DNA from: Macrostomum lignano
Taxonomy: Eukaryota
Direction of reading: 5' to 3'
Length of the DNA: 63,796 nucleotides
Assembly: GCA_002269645.1 (NCBI GenBank)
Contig: NIVC01003383.1
Span: 36,522 to 100,317, forward strand
A program made the translations under genes and the position numbers. Shown here piece by piece: positions 46,987-60,240 of this stretch. The stretch's first letter is position 1; every line of letters starts with the position of its first letter. The notes under the pieces were generated by a model. It was not told where the DNA came from, made no database searches, and saw nothing but the letters and a program-made list of their open reading frames with translations.

Positions 46987-49725
46987 CTGCTGCTTCGGCG
47001 AGTCGTCGAGCACGCTGGTTACGGGAGGTTTCTTTCGCTCGCCCAGCTCGTAGCTGATGGCCCAACTGTAGCTGTACTTGGCCGTGTACTGCACAAACTT
47101 TCCAGCTTGGGCGGTGTGGTCTAGCCCGATGCTGCGGACAGTGCAGCCGGACACGGTGCTCCCCGGCATGCGGAATTCCACCTGGGCGCTGGGCTCCAAG
47201 GCCTCCCAGCTGGGCACCGTATCGTGAGGCTCGAGCTGCAGTCTGCACGTGAACAGGTGCGACTTGTACGCACCTGAAGTGGAGTTGTGGTTTGAGGATT
47301 ACTGTGGGAATACATTGTTCCATACATCATCTCCTGCAGCTGATTATGATCTTAAGATACAGAGCAAATGCTCTCGTCAGATCTTTCCGTCATCAAATGA
47401 GATATTCTTTCCTTCAGTATAATGGAAAGACCTGACGGTTACCTGCTCTGTATCTTCAGATCATCATGCGATGGTCAAATGAAAAATGATCCTCTTATCT
47501 TTGGTGAACCGCCTTGCTATGGCAGGGGCCATCATCTTTAAGCAATATTCGGGTAATTTAGTGTCCTTGTGACGATATGAATATTTTTAGACACTGCTTT
47601 TTCTCTCTCATATAGCTTACATCGATACCGCGAAAAGTCTCACCGTGGTGCTTCTCGGCAGTTTGGAAATTCGCCACACAATGGCTCGGTACAGATGCTC
47701 GTACTTGGCCACACCAACATTGGCCTCCATGATGGACGGCGGGAAGAAGCCCTGTGCCATCTGCGTGATCCGCTCGATGCCCTTGATGCGGCCCGGCTTG
47801 CGCAGCGCCGAGTGCACCGAGTTGTACTTAAACTTGCCTTCCTGTCGGAAGAAATAGACCCAGTCTTCCGGGATCGGAATACGGATCTCGATGTCCTCTG
47901 CGGGGACCTCGTGGCAGCGTGTGTGGCTGCTGAAGAAGCCGGGCACCATGACGTCGCAGCGGATGTTGACCCGGTCCTGGTCGATGGAGAACACACACTT
48001 CAGCTGAAGGGGAAGCTCCTGGTTCTCGCGCAGGGCAACTCGAAACCGCATGAGCTCGAAACGACAAGCATCCAGAGGGTAGAAGCATATCATGTGCGAG
48101 TTGTTGTATCGGTCCATGTCCACCACCGCGTGGAACTCGGGCTCGTACATGTCGATCCAGTCGTCGTGCAGCATGGGAATAATGTCCTGCCGCTTGACCA
48201 CCTCGTTTCCGTAGCGCCACTTGTCGTTGAGTCCCAGCTCAACGTAGGGCATGCCGGTCACAAAGGCGGTGAAGAACACCCGAGTACGCGACTTCTGCCG
48301 CTGAATGCGGCCCTGCAAGTCCACGGCAGCCTCGTACTCGTCCTGAACGTAGGCGCAGACCTCCTCCTTGACGTAGTCGACAGGCGCTTTATTGCGGTCT
48401 CTGACCACCGTAGAGCGCATCATGAGGTCCTCGATCTGCCACATCAGAGACCGGATGTCGTGCTGGTTGATGCTGCCAAACTTTACAATCTCCTGTCGCA
48501 CAGGCATGTGATCCAACACGTCTGTGGTCTTCGGCTTGGCCAGCATGTTCTGAATATTTTTTAGCGACCACTTTTCTGTGCGAACGCCGACCATCTCCTT
48601 GTAGGTCAGCAGGTTTACCTTGAAGATGTGCAGCTTTCCGTATTTATCGTACTGCTGCAGCTTAGCTTGGCTTAGTTGAAAAAAGGGCTCCAGGCGAATG
48701 CATCGGTACGGATTCTCCAGGTCCTCCAGGTTGAACAACTTCAGCGTTGGTCGTTCCTGCTCCCATACCAGACGCACCAGAATGTCCTTCCACCAACGGT
48801 CAGAAGTGAACTTGCTCATTTGCTTGCCGAGCTTCTTCTTGGTTTCTGGCATGCGAATAAAAAGTTTCCAGCTGTCGCCCATGCAGGCTGGGTGAAACGG
48901 CTCAAACGGCGGCATCGGCGGCGTCTCCGAGCGTAGGCGGCTCCGGCGACCCGACTCTTCAGCTTCCCCCGCTGCCGGCCGGGCCCAGTCGACCTCAAAA
49001 GCTGCCGCCTCGCCAGCACCCGACGCCTCGCCCCAAACATTATCGTCGGCACCTAGGTCGGCAGTGGTGGTTTCCGCTCCGCCAAGATTGAAAGGGTTGA
49101 AACGGTTCTGATCGTCATCATCTTCGTTTACCGTTTCCGTGAAGGCGGCAGCTGCTGCTGCTGCTGCTGCTTTCGCTTGAGCCCTCGACGGCGGCCCCTG
49201 GATGTGCGGCACCACTTCCGCCTCTGCTGCTTCGTCGCCGCCACCGATTTTGACACTCACCGAGACGCCAGCGCCGCCGTCCTCGTCGCCGCTGTTGTCA
49301 CTCTCCGGATAGATGGTGGACAGCGGGTCAAAGCCGTTTGCCTCCCCGTCAGTCAGCTCTGCTTTAGTCTCCGCGGGCTCTTCTACCGCAACATTTTTTG
49401 GAGTTTCCGCTGCTTGTGGCGACGCAGTCATCAGAAACGGATCGTCGGCCTCCAAAGATGCGACTCGAAACGGGTTGTTCCCGGACAGCGTGTCCTGCCG
49501 AGGCACGCCCTTGGCCCGATCCCGCCTCGTCGGCGTGGATTCCTCCGCGGGCAGGATTTTTGCTGTAGCCGCCGCCGAGAAGTTGGAAAAATCTCCAGCA
49601 GCGTCAAATGGATTTTCCTCGTCAGGAGCGAGGTCGACTGCTTCGCCAAAAGCGCTGGAGAAGGGGTCGAAGGCAGACTGGTCAAACACGCCATCGTCAA
49701 GTTCATCCTGGTCCTGTTTGGCCAT
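46597..49725 (-). CDS. STON2: Stonin / stoned-B endocytic adaptor (exons 49725-47644 and 47273-46597)
   Basis: Acidic N-terminus with NPF/DPF motifs (FDPF, ENPF, NNPF, DDPF, FNPF), a stonin-homology domain (WKLFIRMPE..KK....RWWKDILVRL), and a mu-homology domain (EEVCAYVQDE..RVFFTAFVTGMPYVELGLND..FYPLDACRFELMRF..SVRSIG). Restoring one base at 47657-47658 gives LPEKHHG|AYKSHLFTCRL across the intron. The true start may lie further upstream (frame open to 49881). Confidence 0.9.
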
Positions 49726-52619
49726 GGCGGAGGAATCAGCTTGGACGCAAAGAACGGAATTGACTGACGCCCCCTCAGTTGGGCCGGTGCTGATTTCTGC
49801 TCCGGATTCCTTCTGCCTCGGAAGAGTTCTCAAAAGTTGCGCCTTCGCTTCCCCTGTTTGCAGTCCGTGAGATCTCCGCACTTTCGCTCACAAGGAATGA
49901 TGAAAAGAAAAAGACTGGACTGAATGGAAATGGAACTCTAGAAGATTTTGTGTTTAGCATGTGCCCGTGCGCGGGCCTGAGCAGGCGTGCTGGCTGGCGG
50001 CCCGTGTACTACCGCGTCTCTCCAGCTCAACTCTGCGATGAGGAGCTCCAGATTAGTGGCTCTCTGCGGCTGTTTCTCCCTCCTTCTCTCTGCTGCCGGC
50101 GACACGCCTCTCCCCTGCCTTCTTTGCTTACCCTCTGCGACAATCCCCTCCCCAGCTTCTCTGCACTTCTCTCCGGGCCCGCCAGCCCCGGCTCCTGTAC
50201 TCATGCATGCGCGCATTTTTGCGGCAAGAGCAAGAGCTGGCTGACTGCCTGCCCCCAGTCCTCATCCGCCCTCTTCCCCCGCTCCCTCTGAGATGCATTC
50301 TCGGCTCTCTCTCTCCAGTTCCTCTCGCTCATGGGAGCCAAGCCAGATCGATAGCCCGCGGACCTCCCTACCCTCCTCCTAATGGCCGGTGTGCTGCACT
50401 CAGCCACTGACTTCGCCCCCTTCTGTCTCTGCCTTCCCTCCGAGGTCCTGCATTGGCTTTAAAGCACCTTTCGAAAGTGGGAGAAAAAGTTGAGCTCTCT
50501 CTTGTCCGATGAAACTGTATCGGATGAGCTGCTGCTGCTAGTCCGATCTGCCTCATCTCCCAGTCTCCCTTGTTCCCCATCGCCTTGTGTCGGGCAGGCA
50601 TGGCTGATAATTCACGAGATTTAAACAGTGCTTTGACAGTGGATAAAGAGAATAATGCGCAGGGGGTAAATTAGGGATGGAGGAATAAGAAAGCAGAGGA
50701 GGAGCTCAGATAAACGGAGAACGCTCGGTCAGGGAGACAGTCGGAATAAAATTTTGCGTCCCCTAGGAATTCTGAAATTTCCGCGAGCTCAGCTGGCGTG
50801 TTTCTGCAGTCTCCGGTCCCTCAGTTTCTCCCATCTTTCTCGCATTTCCTGCTATCTGTTTTTCCCGCTCTTCCGGGCCTCAAAGCGAGTCGGAGCGGAG
50901 CGGTCGCACGAGCTGCACTTGAGCTGGGAGCAGAGCATGACGAGCGAGCGCTTGGCCATCCGTTTCTTTGATTCTGTTCTCACAGTTTGCTATTGCATTT
51001 AGGTTTGCCTAACTAATTAAAAAGAAAGTGGCTTTTAATACTCGGGAAGACTCGTGTTCAAGGGTTCTTTCATTTTTGTCCATTTGCGCTTTAGGAAACT
51101 GCTCATCCGAGACGGCGGTGGCGGATTTGAATGAAGTTTTACCGGTGCGAGATGCGAGAGTGGAAACTGAAGAGGATGGAATTTGAGAGGCAGGGTGTCG
51201 GTTGGGGGGATGACAGCTTAAATAAAGCCCAGATGTGATTAGGAATGTTAAAGAGGCTTACGGTTAAGAGCGAAGAGTGATAAAACAGTGAGGGCTGCTA
51301 AGGTTGAGCAGCAGGGGTGGACAGTGAGGGTGAGCAGCAGGGGTCAAAGCATCATCAGGCCTAGAGCAGTGTGTCATGCTGCCTTTCGGAGAGTTCGTGA
51401 CGGAGCAGCCGGTTTCGCTTCCTGCTTTCGCTAGTGAGTTTCCTTCTCTTTGAAGACAGTTGCTATGCCATGGGCTCGGATTCGGAACAGGTAATTAATT
51501 GCATGTGCTCTGTCTGATATGCCTCAAAGGTAAAGAGGTGAAAGCGTTAATTTTATCCATATTTGCTCGCAAGCTGCTTGTGACGTCTCGGGTCGTGCGA
51601 CTCGTCAGGGATGAATTTCACAGGCACGCCAGAACTGTGCTACCCATGCTACTACTTGGAGTAGGCAGCTGGAGGAATCTCATTGAAATTAGTGCAATTT
51701 CTGTATTGATTCAAGTGCGCAGACTTGAGCTCTAAATTAAAATTTACAAATGTCATCTCAAAACGTCCCAATGGCTTTCGAACTTGAGACTTCATGCAAT
51801 TCTGCTTCACGTTCCTAATTTGTAGCACTTCTTATATTAATTTCATAAATTGAAGCTGTAAGCAAACAATGTAAAAAAAGTGCTAAAAATTCGCGATATT
51901 GAATCGAACTTCGCTGGGCTGAACTCGCCAACTGTACAAGGAATTATCTGACAAATCGTTCCACTTTCGGAGTTGCTGAACTCGCTTTGATATCAGCCAA
52001 ACTGCTTGTCGCTATTCCAGCACTGGCTGCACTTCTCTCTGTCTGTCTTTCCAGCGGCCTTGCCACTCGGCAGGCTCGGAAAAAACCTCCGGCTCCCCCC
52101 CCCTTGCTGGGTAGCAACAGAATTGGCGCCGCTACTATCAAAACACTGCGACACGCGATGTCCTCATTTCGAATCCCCATTCTCTGTCTTTGAGTGGTCG
52201 ATTTCTGAAGTGCTCAAAGTGATAGACACGTGCGACCGCTTCTGTTGATCTGCAGGTTCGAATTTATTGTAAGAGCGAATGATTGTGGTGTGATTAACTG
52301 GGTCTAAAAGACTATTCGGTTTGAGATAATTGTGGGTAGGATATTCCATGCATCATAGTAGCGTTTTATCCCTGAATCCGGTAGAGTGTACAGGGTACAA
52401 TACGAGCTACAAGTACACGAGTCCTTACTCAGGTGACAGCTGACGCTTTCCGGAATCTGGGGCGTCAGGACGCTGGGCCACTAACCAAATTTAGCTAGGT
52501 GTTATATTACGCTTATTAGTTTAATTAAATTTGCACCGCACCATGGGCTTGGGTCCCAGTGGGTCAGTAAAATCGTGACTAAAAAGCTAGACGACCACGC
52601 CTCCCGACCGGCCCTACCC

Positions 52620-52690
52620 CACGCCAGCCAATCACACCGCGGGAGGGGGAGAGAGAGAAACTGAGCCTGCTGCCTGGCCCAGCCAATGAG
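52620..52690. promoter_or_regulatory. Candidate promoter with two CCAAT boxes between divergent stonin and GPCR genes
   Basis: CCAAT at 52628 and 52683 in a GC-rich patch. Possible 5'UTR donor TTCAG|GTAATT at ~52785. Confidence 0.35.
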
Positions 52691-52779
52691 GACTCTGCGG
52701 CTCTCAGCGCCAAAGCTAAAGACGAAAGCAATACAAGACGCATGGGAGTTGATAGACAGGCGCACTGAGTCGTGTGGCA

Positions 52780-53005
52780 TTTCAGGTAATTTGCACAGGA
52801 TATTCCAGGTATTTAGATGGAAATTCCAGGCATTAAAGATAGGACATTCCAGGTATTTTGGGTCAGGATATTCCAGTATTTAGGACTGGACATTCCAGGT
52901 ATTTTGGGACCGGGATACTCCAGGTAATTTATGTAGGAGATTCCAGGTATTTATTTAGTAGATAGGTAATTAGATTCCAGGTATTTATTAGGAGATTCCA
53001 GGTAT
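52780..53005. repeat. Degenerate repeat of ATTCCAGGTATT
   Basis: About 9 copies with variable spacers. Confidence 0.7.
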
Positions 53006-53258
53006 TTCGGCGGGGAAAATTATTACTAGGCTTTGAGAACCGGGGCTTCTGAAGCACTTTATACTCGATAGTTTACCAGATGCTCAAGTTATCCCTAAGC
53101 CAGCGCAGTCCACATCAGCATCACTCTCTGCAGATAAATGCTTCATAAAGCCGGAGTTCGCTAGCCAATCAACGAACTCCCTGTCTGCCAATGCCTGCGG
53201 GGCTGCACTGATATTATGGAGCGAAAGTCGCTGCTGCAGCAGAAGAGCTCCTACAGAG

Positions 53259-54434
53259 ATGGCAAGCTCGGCTGCTGACGTCAACAACTGCACGGAGCAC
53301 TCGGTACTCGGCTCCCCGGGCGCGGCGCAGGCCTCCCTCATCTTCTACGCCTGCCTCGGCTTCATCGGGGTCGTTGGCAACGCGCACGTCATGCTGGTGT
53401 TCCGGTCAAGCCGGGAGCGCAGCCTCCGCTTCCTTGTGCTGTTTCTGAGCTGCCTGGACCTGGGCATCTCGGGCCTCATCCTGCCCTGGACTGCTACCGG
53501 GTGTACTCGGAGTTCGCCACGAGGGGCCGCCTACCCTGGCACTTCCTGGGCACCGTGATTCTCTCCTCACGACAGGCGGCCTTCGAGCTGGAGGCTGCGT
53601 GCTGGTGCTGATCGCAGTGGACCGCTTCCTGTGCGTGGTGAAGGCGCGCCAGGAAGGCCTCTCCTACAGGCGCACCGCGCCGCCCTGCTCGCCAGCGCCG
53701 CCGCCGTGGTTGCCTTGGAAACCAGCATCGTGGTCACGCACTACGTCATCGAGGACGACTGCGAGTTGAAGACAAAACTGGAGACCTCCCTGCTGGTGTT
53801 CTACGGCGCCCTGGGCACGTGCTCGATCGCGCTGGTGGCCGGCCTGTACGCCAGGATCCTCTCCTTCGTGGCCGCCATGGAGCGGCGCAGGTCTCACCGT
53901 CGGAAGCGCGCGCGCCAGACTCTGAGCAGCCTGACCATGCAGCCGCGCGGCCGGCCGCGGGCCACCCTCGGCAGCAGCACCGGGGCGGCGCCGTCGCAGT
54001 CGCCGGCGAACGCGGCCACGCCGATTGCCGAGACGGCGGAGGCAGCCGCGCTGGCCGAGGAGGCGCCCTTGAACAACGGGCATGAGCCGCCGCGCTGCCC
54101 GCTGGTGCAGTTCAGCCTCGATGTCCAGCCGACGGCGGCGGAGGGCAACGCCGGCGACGACTCGGATGCTCCGGTCGGGTGTGCAGAGCCGCGCGGGCCG
54201 TCCCCGGTGGCCTGGTTCCCGCTGCGCCTCGCCCTGATGTTGTTCGGCGCCTCCGTGCTGTTCTACCTCAGCCTCCTGCCGGGCATCCTCATCAACTTCA
54301 GCATCATCAGCGACTCGCCGCTGCACCGCCTCTACTACCTGAACTCCTCCCTGAACTTTGCCGTGTACGCACTGTTCAACCCCAAGTTTAGGTCCGACCT
54401 GCGCGGCCTGTACTTGAAACGGTGCGGTCTGTGA
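53259..54434 (+). CDS. Rhodopsin-like (class A) GPCR, single coding exon, ~392 aa after correcting three 1-bp deletions
   Basis: TM1 GVVGN, TM2 LSCLDL, TM3 LIAVDRF, TM7 NSSLNFAVYALFNPKFR, and a long third intracellular loop. One-base losses at 53484-53486, 53593-53594 and 53675-53676 sum to 3 and rejoin ORFs 53259 and 53631, which share a frame. Confidence 0.85.
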
Positions 54435-54640
54435 CTGGCTGGGACCACGGATATCTGATAGCCTGGCTGGGATCACGGATCTCTGATGGCCTGGCTGGGA
54501 TCACGGATCTCTGATAGCCTGGCTGGGATCAGATCTCTGATGCCTGGCTGGGATCTCAGATCTCTGATAGCCTGGCTGGGATCTCAGATCTCTGATAGCC
54601 TGGCTGGGATCTCAGATCTCTGATAGCCTTGCTGGGATCA
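54435..54640. repeat. Minisatellite, 28-29-bp unit (CTCTGATAGCCTGGCTGGGATCTCAGAT), starting at the GPCR stop codon
   Basis: About 7 copies. Confidence 0.85.
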
Positions 54641-55227
54641 CAAATCAAAGATCACAAACGGACTGAGATATCACAAACGCAACAGACCTATTTTCATAAC
54701 TAAAAATGTTGTTTTTAATATGAGCACCATTGAACTCACTCTCAATTCTTCATCGCTGTCACCGCCCTAGATGCAGCGAAAGTCCTTCGGTTTTGTCACC
54801 ATCAACACCCCCTTGACCTAATTTTTTATTGACTTTTCAAGCCGAAAATTGCTAGTCGAGTACACAGGAACACCAGTGCTTGAACCGTGAGTCTGCGGCT
54901 GTATTGTCTTCATCATTCGCCATATGTGAATTTCCTACTGAGTAATCGCTAATTACTATATGTCCAAATGATGGAGTGAGACACCTGAGCCCGTGTCCAT
55001 CCCCGCCCAACATCTCAGATTCCCAAAGCAGTTTTCCATACAGGTTTCATCATTCAACTCAAAACAGGCCCCAGGAAATGTGCAGTCGCTCACCTGGGCG
55101 GGGCCGCACTTTCCTGTTGTCCAATTTGCAAACACGTGACTTCATTGCGACTCCCTTCTGCGTCCCTCACTCTGAATGTAGAATAACTCTGCACTTCCCC
55201 ATATGGGCAACTTCTGACTCGATTATA

Positions 55228-55620
55228 TGACACTGTATGTCACTCAGATTGGCGGTGTATGTCACTCAGATTGGCGGTGTATGTCACTCAGATTGGCGGT
55301 GTATGTCACTCAGATTGGCATGTCACTCAGATTGGCACTGTATGTCACTCAGATTGGCACTGTGTATGTCACTCAGATTGTCTGTCACTCAGACTGTATG
55401 TCACTCAGACTGTATGTCACTCAGACTGTATGTCACTCAGACTGTATGTCACTCAGACTGTATGTCACTCAGACTGTATGTCACTCAGACTGTGTGTCAG
55501 ACTGTATGTCAGCTCAGACTGTATGTCACTCAGACTGTATGTCGCTCAGACTGTATGTCGACTGTATGTCAGACTGTATGTCACTCAGACTGTATGTCAC
55601 TCAGACTGTATGTCACTCCA
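55228..55620. repeat. Minisatellite, 16-21-bp unit (CTGTATGTCACTCAGA core)
   Basis: About 23 copies; the unit shortens along the array. Confidence 0.92.
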
Positions 55621-55974
55621 ATGTCCCGTTCATCGACCGACTACACCCCAGTCAGGCTTCCCTCGTTATTGCTTCTTTAAACAAGCGGCTGAAACAAAAA
55701 TTTGGATGAAATTTCCCCAAGAATCGCTGTCCAGGAGTCACAAAAATGTGAGCCCAAATCGAAAAATTTCTGCGCACTTTGTGCTCAGAAAGCTCGCTGT
55801 AGCATTGCAGCGGGATGGCTGACCGGGAGCCGAGCTTGACAGCAGCGGAGGCTGAACTCGAAAATAAAATTTCACTGAGCAGAGAGTGATTAAACTTGTT
55901 GTGCATTTGATGATGAGCGCTGCTGGAGGCTGGAAATGCTTTCCGCAATGCTTACAGATTTGAGAGTCCTTGTT

Positions 55975-58900
55975 ATCCATTTGGGTGTCCCTGTGATCCA
56001 TTTGGGTGTCCCTGTGATCCATTTGGGTGTCCCTGTGATCCATTTGGGTGTCCCTGTGATCCATTTGGGTGTCCTGTGATCCATTTGGGTGTCCCTGTGA
56101 TCCAGATGGGTGTCCCTGTGATCCAGATGGGTGTCCCTGTGATCCATTTGGGTGTCCTGTGATCCATTTGGGTGTCCGTGTGATCCATTTGGGTGTCCCT
56201 GTGATCCAGATGGGTGTCCCTGTGATCCGGATGGGTGTCCCTGTGATCCATGGGTGTCCCTGTGATCCAGATGGGTGTCCCTGTGATCCAGATCCCTGTG
56301 ATCCATGGGTGTCCCTGTGATCCATGGGTGTCCCTGTGATCCATTTGGGTGTCCCTGTGATCCATTTGGGTGTCCCTGTGATCCAGATGGGTGTCCCTGT
56401 GATCCAGATGGGTGTCCCTGTGATCCATTTGGGTGTCCCTGTGATCCATTTGGGTGTCCCTGTGATCCATTTGGGTGTCCCTGTGATCCAGATGGGTGTC
56501 CCTGTGATCCAGATGGGTGTCCCTGTGATCCAGATGGGTGTCCCTGTGATCCATTTGGGTGTCCCTGTGATCCATTTGGGTGTCCCTGTGATCCATTTGG
56601 GTGTCCCTGTGATCCAGATGGGTGTCCCTGTGATCCATTTGGGTGTCCCTGTGATCCATTTGGGTGTCCCTGTGATCCAGATGGGTGTCCCTGTGATCCA
56701 GATGGGTGTCCCTGTGATCCAGATGGGTGTCCTGTGATCCATTTGGGTGTCCCTGTGATCCAGATGGGTGTCCCTGTGATCCAGATGGGTGTCCCTGTGA
56801 TCCAGATGGGTGTCCCTGTGATCCATTTGGGTGTCCCTGTGATCCATTTGGGTGTCCCTGTGATCCAGATGGGTGTCCCTGTGATCCATTTGGGTGTCCC
56901 TGTGATCCGTGTGTGATCCATTTGGGTGTCCCTGTGATCCATTTGGGTGACCCTGTGATCCATTTGGGTGTCCCTGTGATCCATTTGGGTGTCCCTGTGA
57001 TCCATTTGGGTGTCCCTGTGATCCAGATGGGTGTCCCTGTGATCCAGATGGGTGTCCCTGTGATCCAGATGGGTGTCCCTGTGATCCAGATTCCTGTGAT
57101 CCAGATGGGTGTCCCTGTGATCCATTTGGGTGTCCCTGTGATCCATTTGGGTGTCCCTGTGATCCATTTGGTGTCCCTGTGATCCATTTGGGTGTCCCTG
57201 TGATCCAGATGGGTGTCCCTGTGATCCATTTGGGTGTCCCTGTGATCCATTTGGGTGTCCCTGTGATCCAGATGGGTGTCCCTGTGATCCAGATGGGTGT
57301 CCCTGTGATCCAGATGGGTGTCCCTGTGATCCATTTGGGTGTCCCTGTGATCCATTTGGGTGTCCCTGTGATCCATTTGGGTGTCCCTGTGATCCATTTG
57401 GGTGTCCCTGTGATCCATTTGGGTGTCCCTGTGATCCATTTGGGTGTCCCTGTGATCCAGATGGGTGTCCCTGTGATCCATTTGGGTGTCCCTGTGATCC
57501 ATTTGGGTGTCCCTGTGATCCATTTGGGTGTCCCTGTGATCCATTTGGATGTGTGATCCATTTGGGTGTCCCTGTGATCCAGATGGGTGTCCCTGTGATC
57601 CAGATGGGTGTCCTTGTGATCCGGAAGGGTGTCCTGTGATCCATTTGGGTGTCCCTGTGATCCATTTGGGTGTCCCTGTGATCCATTTGGGTGTCCCTGT
57701 GATTCATTTGGGTGTCCCTGTGATCCAGATGGTGTCCCTGTGATCCAGATGGGTGTCCCTGTGATCCAGATGGGTGTCCCTGTGATCCATTTGGGTGTCC
57801 CTGTGATCCATTTGGGTGTCCCTGTGATCCAGATGGGTGTCCCTGTGATCCATTTGGGTGTCCGTGTGATCCGGATGGGTGTCCCTTTGATCCGGATGTC
57901 CCTGTGATCCAGATGGGTGTCCCTGTGATCCAGAAGGGTGTCCCTGTGATCCATTTGGGTGTCCCTGTGATCCATTTGGGTGTCCTTGCGACCTATTTGG
58001 GTGTCCCTGTGATCCAGATGGGTGCCCCTGTAATCCATTTGGGTGTCCCTGTGATCCATTTGGGTGTCCCTGTAATCCATTTGGGTGTCCCTGTGATCCA
58101 TTTGGGTGTCCCTGTGATCCAGATGGTGTCCCTGTGATCCAGATGGGTGTCCCTTTGATCCGGATGTCCCTGTGATCCAGATGGGTGTCCCTGTGATCCA
58201 GATGGGTGTCCCTGTGATCCATTTGGGTGTCTTTGTGATCCATTTGGGTGTCCCTGTGATCCATTTGGGTGTCCCTGTGATCCATTTGGGCGTCCCTGTG
58301 ATCCATTTGGGTGTCCCTGTGATCCATTTGGGTGTCCCTGTGATCCATTTGGGTGTCCCTGTGATCCATTTGGGTGTCCCTGTGATCCATTTGGGTGTCC
58401 GTGTGATCCGGATGGGTGTCCCTTTGATCCGGATGTCCCTGTGATCCAGATGGGTGTCCCTGTGATCCAGATGGGTGTCCCTGTGATCCATTTGGGTGTC
58501 TTTGTGATCCATTTGGGTGTCCCTGTGATCCATTTGGGTGTCCTGTGATCCATTTGGCGTCCCTGTGATCCATTTGGGTGTCCCTGTGATCCATTTGGGT
58601 GTCCCTGTGATCCATTTGGGTGTCCGTGTGATCCATTTGGGTGTCCCTGTGATCCATTTGGGTGTCCCTGTGATCTAGATGGGTGTCCCTGTGATCCAGA
58701 TGGGTGTCCCTGTGATCCAGATGGGTGTCCCTGTGATCCAGATGGGTGTCCCTGTGATCCAGATGTGTGTCCGTGTGATCCGGATGGGTGTCCCTGTGAT
58801 CCAGATGGGTGTCCCTGTGATCCATTTGGGTGTCCCTGTGATTCGGATGACCCTGTGATCCAGATGGGTGTCCCTGTGATCCAGATGGGTGTCCCTGTGA

Positions 58901-59122
58901 TCCAGATGGGTGTCCCTGTGATCCAGATGGGTGTCCCTGTGATCCAGATGGTGTCCCTGTGATCCAGATGGGTGTCCCTGTGATCCATTTGGGTGTCCGT
59001 GTGATCCGGATGGGTGTCCCTGTGATCCGGATGACCCTGTGATCCAGATGGGTTTCCCTGTGATCCGGATGGGTGTCCCTGTGATCCAGATGGGTGTCCC
59101 TGTGATCCGGATGGGTGTCCCT
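55975..59122. repeat. Minisatellite, 21-bp unit (GTGATCCA[TTT/GAT]GGGTGTCCCT), 3.1 kb
   Basis: About 150 copies of two interspersed variants. Confidence 0.97.
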
Positions 59123-59624
59123 TGCAAAATTTCGAGTACTGAGAACTTAGCTTGCTCAGCTGAGGCCCCGGAACTGCTTCTGTCTGCATTGGCAAAAATA
59201 AATTACTATTTTTGGGGCCAGAAAAATTAAGAACAAAACTTTTGTAGGGCAAGCTCGGCGTTGAGAGCTCTGCTACCCAAGCAGACTGCAGGTGATAAGA
59301 TATGGTTTTATTGCCACCTGATGCCCGGGTGGCTTGCACTCTAAATACTTTATTAAACTCGTTAGTCTGTGCAAAGTGGAACTGGGTAGTTTATAAAGTG
59401 GTTATCTCTGAAAAGTACTTTTATGATTTTAAATTTATTTGAATAGAATCTGGAATTTTGAAGCTGGACTACTGATAGTAATATATTTCTCTAATCGATC
59501 ACATAGATAGAGACCTACCTACCTTCCGACAAACCATTTTTAGTATGTTACGAGCGTAGATTAGTATTGGTAGATATGCTCGTAACAGTCTCCATGGATA
59601 CAGTGAGAAGAAAAATAGATAAGA

Positions 59625-60240
59625 TGTGATAGATGCGGCTCTGCAATTTGAGGGGTATATGTCATCACAGGCTCTGCAATGTGATAGATAAGGCTCTGCA
59701 ATGTGATAGATGCGGCTCTGCAATTTGATAGATAAGGCTCTGCAATGTGATAGATAAGGCTCTGCAATGTGATAGATAAGGCTCTGCAATGTGATAGATA
59801 AGGCTCTACAATGTGATAGATAAGGCTCTACAATGTGATAGATGCGGCCTGTAATGTGATAGATAAGGCTCTGCAATGTGATAGATGCGGCCCTGTAATG
59901 TGATAGATAAGGCTCTGCAATGTAATAGATAAGGCTCTGCAATGTGATAGATAAGGCTCTGCAATGTGATAGATGCGGCCCTGTAATGTGATAGATAAGG
60001 CTCTGCAATGTAATAGATAAGGCTCTGCAATGTGATAGATAAGGCTCTGCAATGTGATAGATGCGGCCCTGTAATGTGATAGATAAGGCTCTGCAATGTA
60101 ATAGATAAGGCTCTGCAATGTGATAGATAAGGCTCTGCAATGTGATAGATGCGGCCCTGCAATGTGATAGATAAGGCTCTGCAATGTGATAGATGCGGCC
60201 CTGCAATGTGATAGATAAGGCTCTGCAATGTGATAGATAG
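59625..60240. repeat. Minisatellite, 22-bp unit (GCTCTGCAATGTGATAGATAAG)
   Basis: About 26 copies. Confidence 0.95.

Noticed and set aside
53484-53676. GPCR (and brahma, stonin, FReD) as pseudogenes
   Set aside because: The remainder of each gene is intact with conserved motifs, and the lesions fit a single sequencing-error pattern.
55738-59339. 931-aa and overlapping His/Asp-rich ORFs as a repetitive structural protein
   Set aside because: Frames shift randomly at unit indels and several frames are equally open, which argues against coding constraint.
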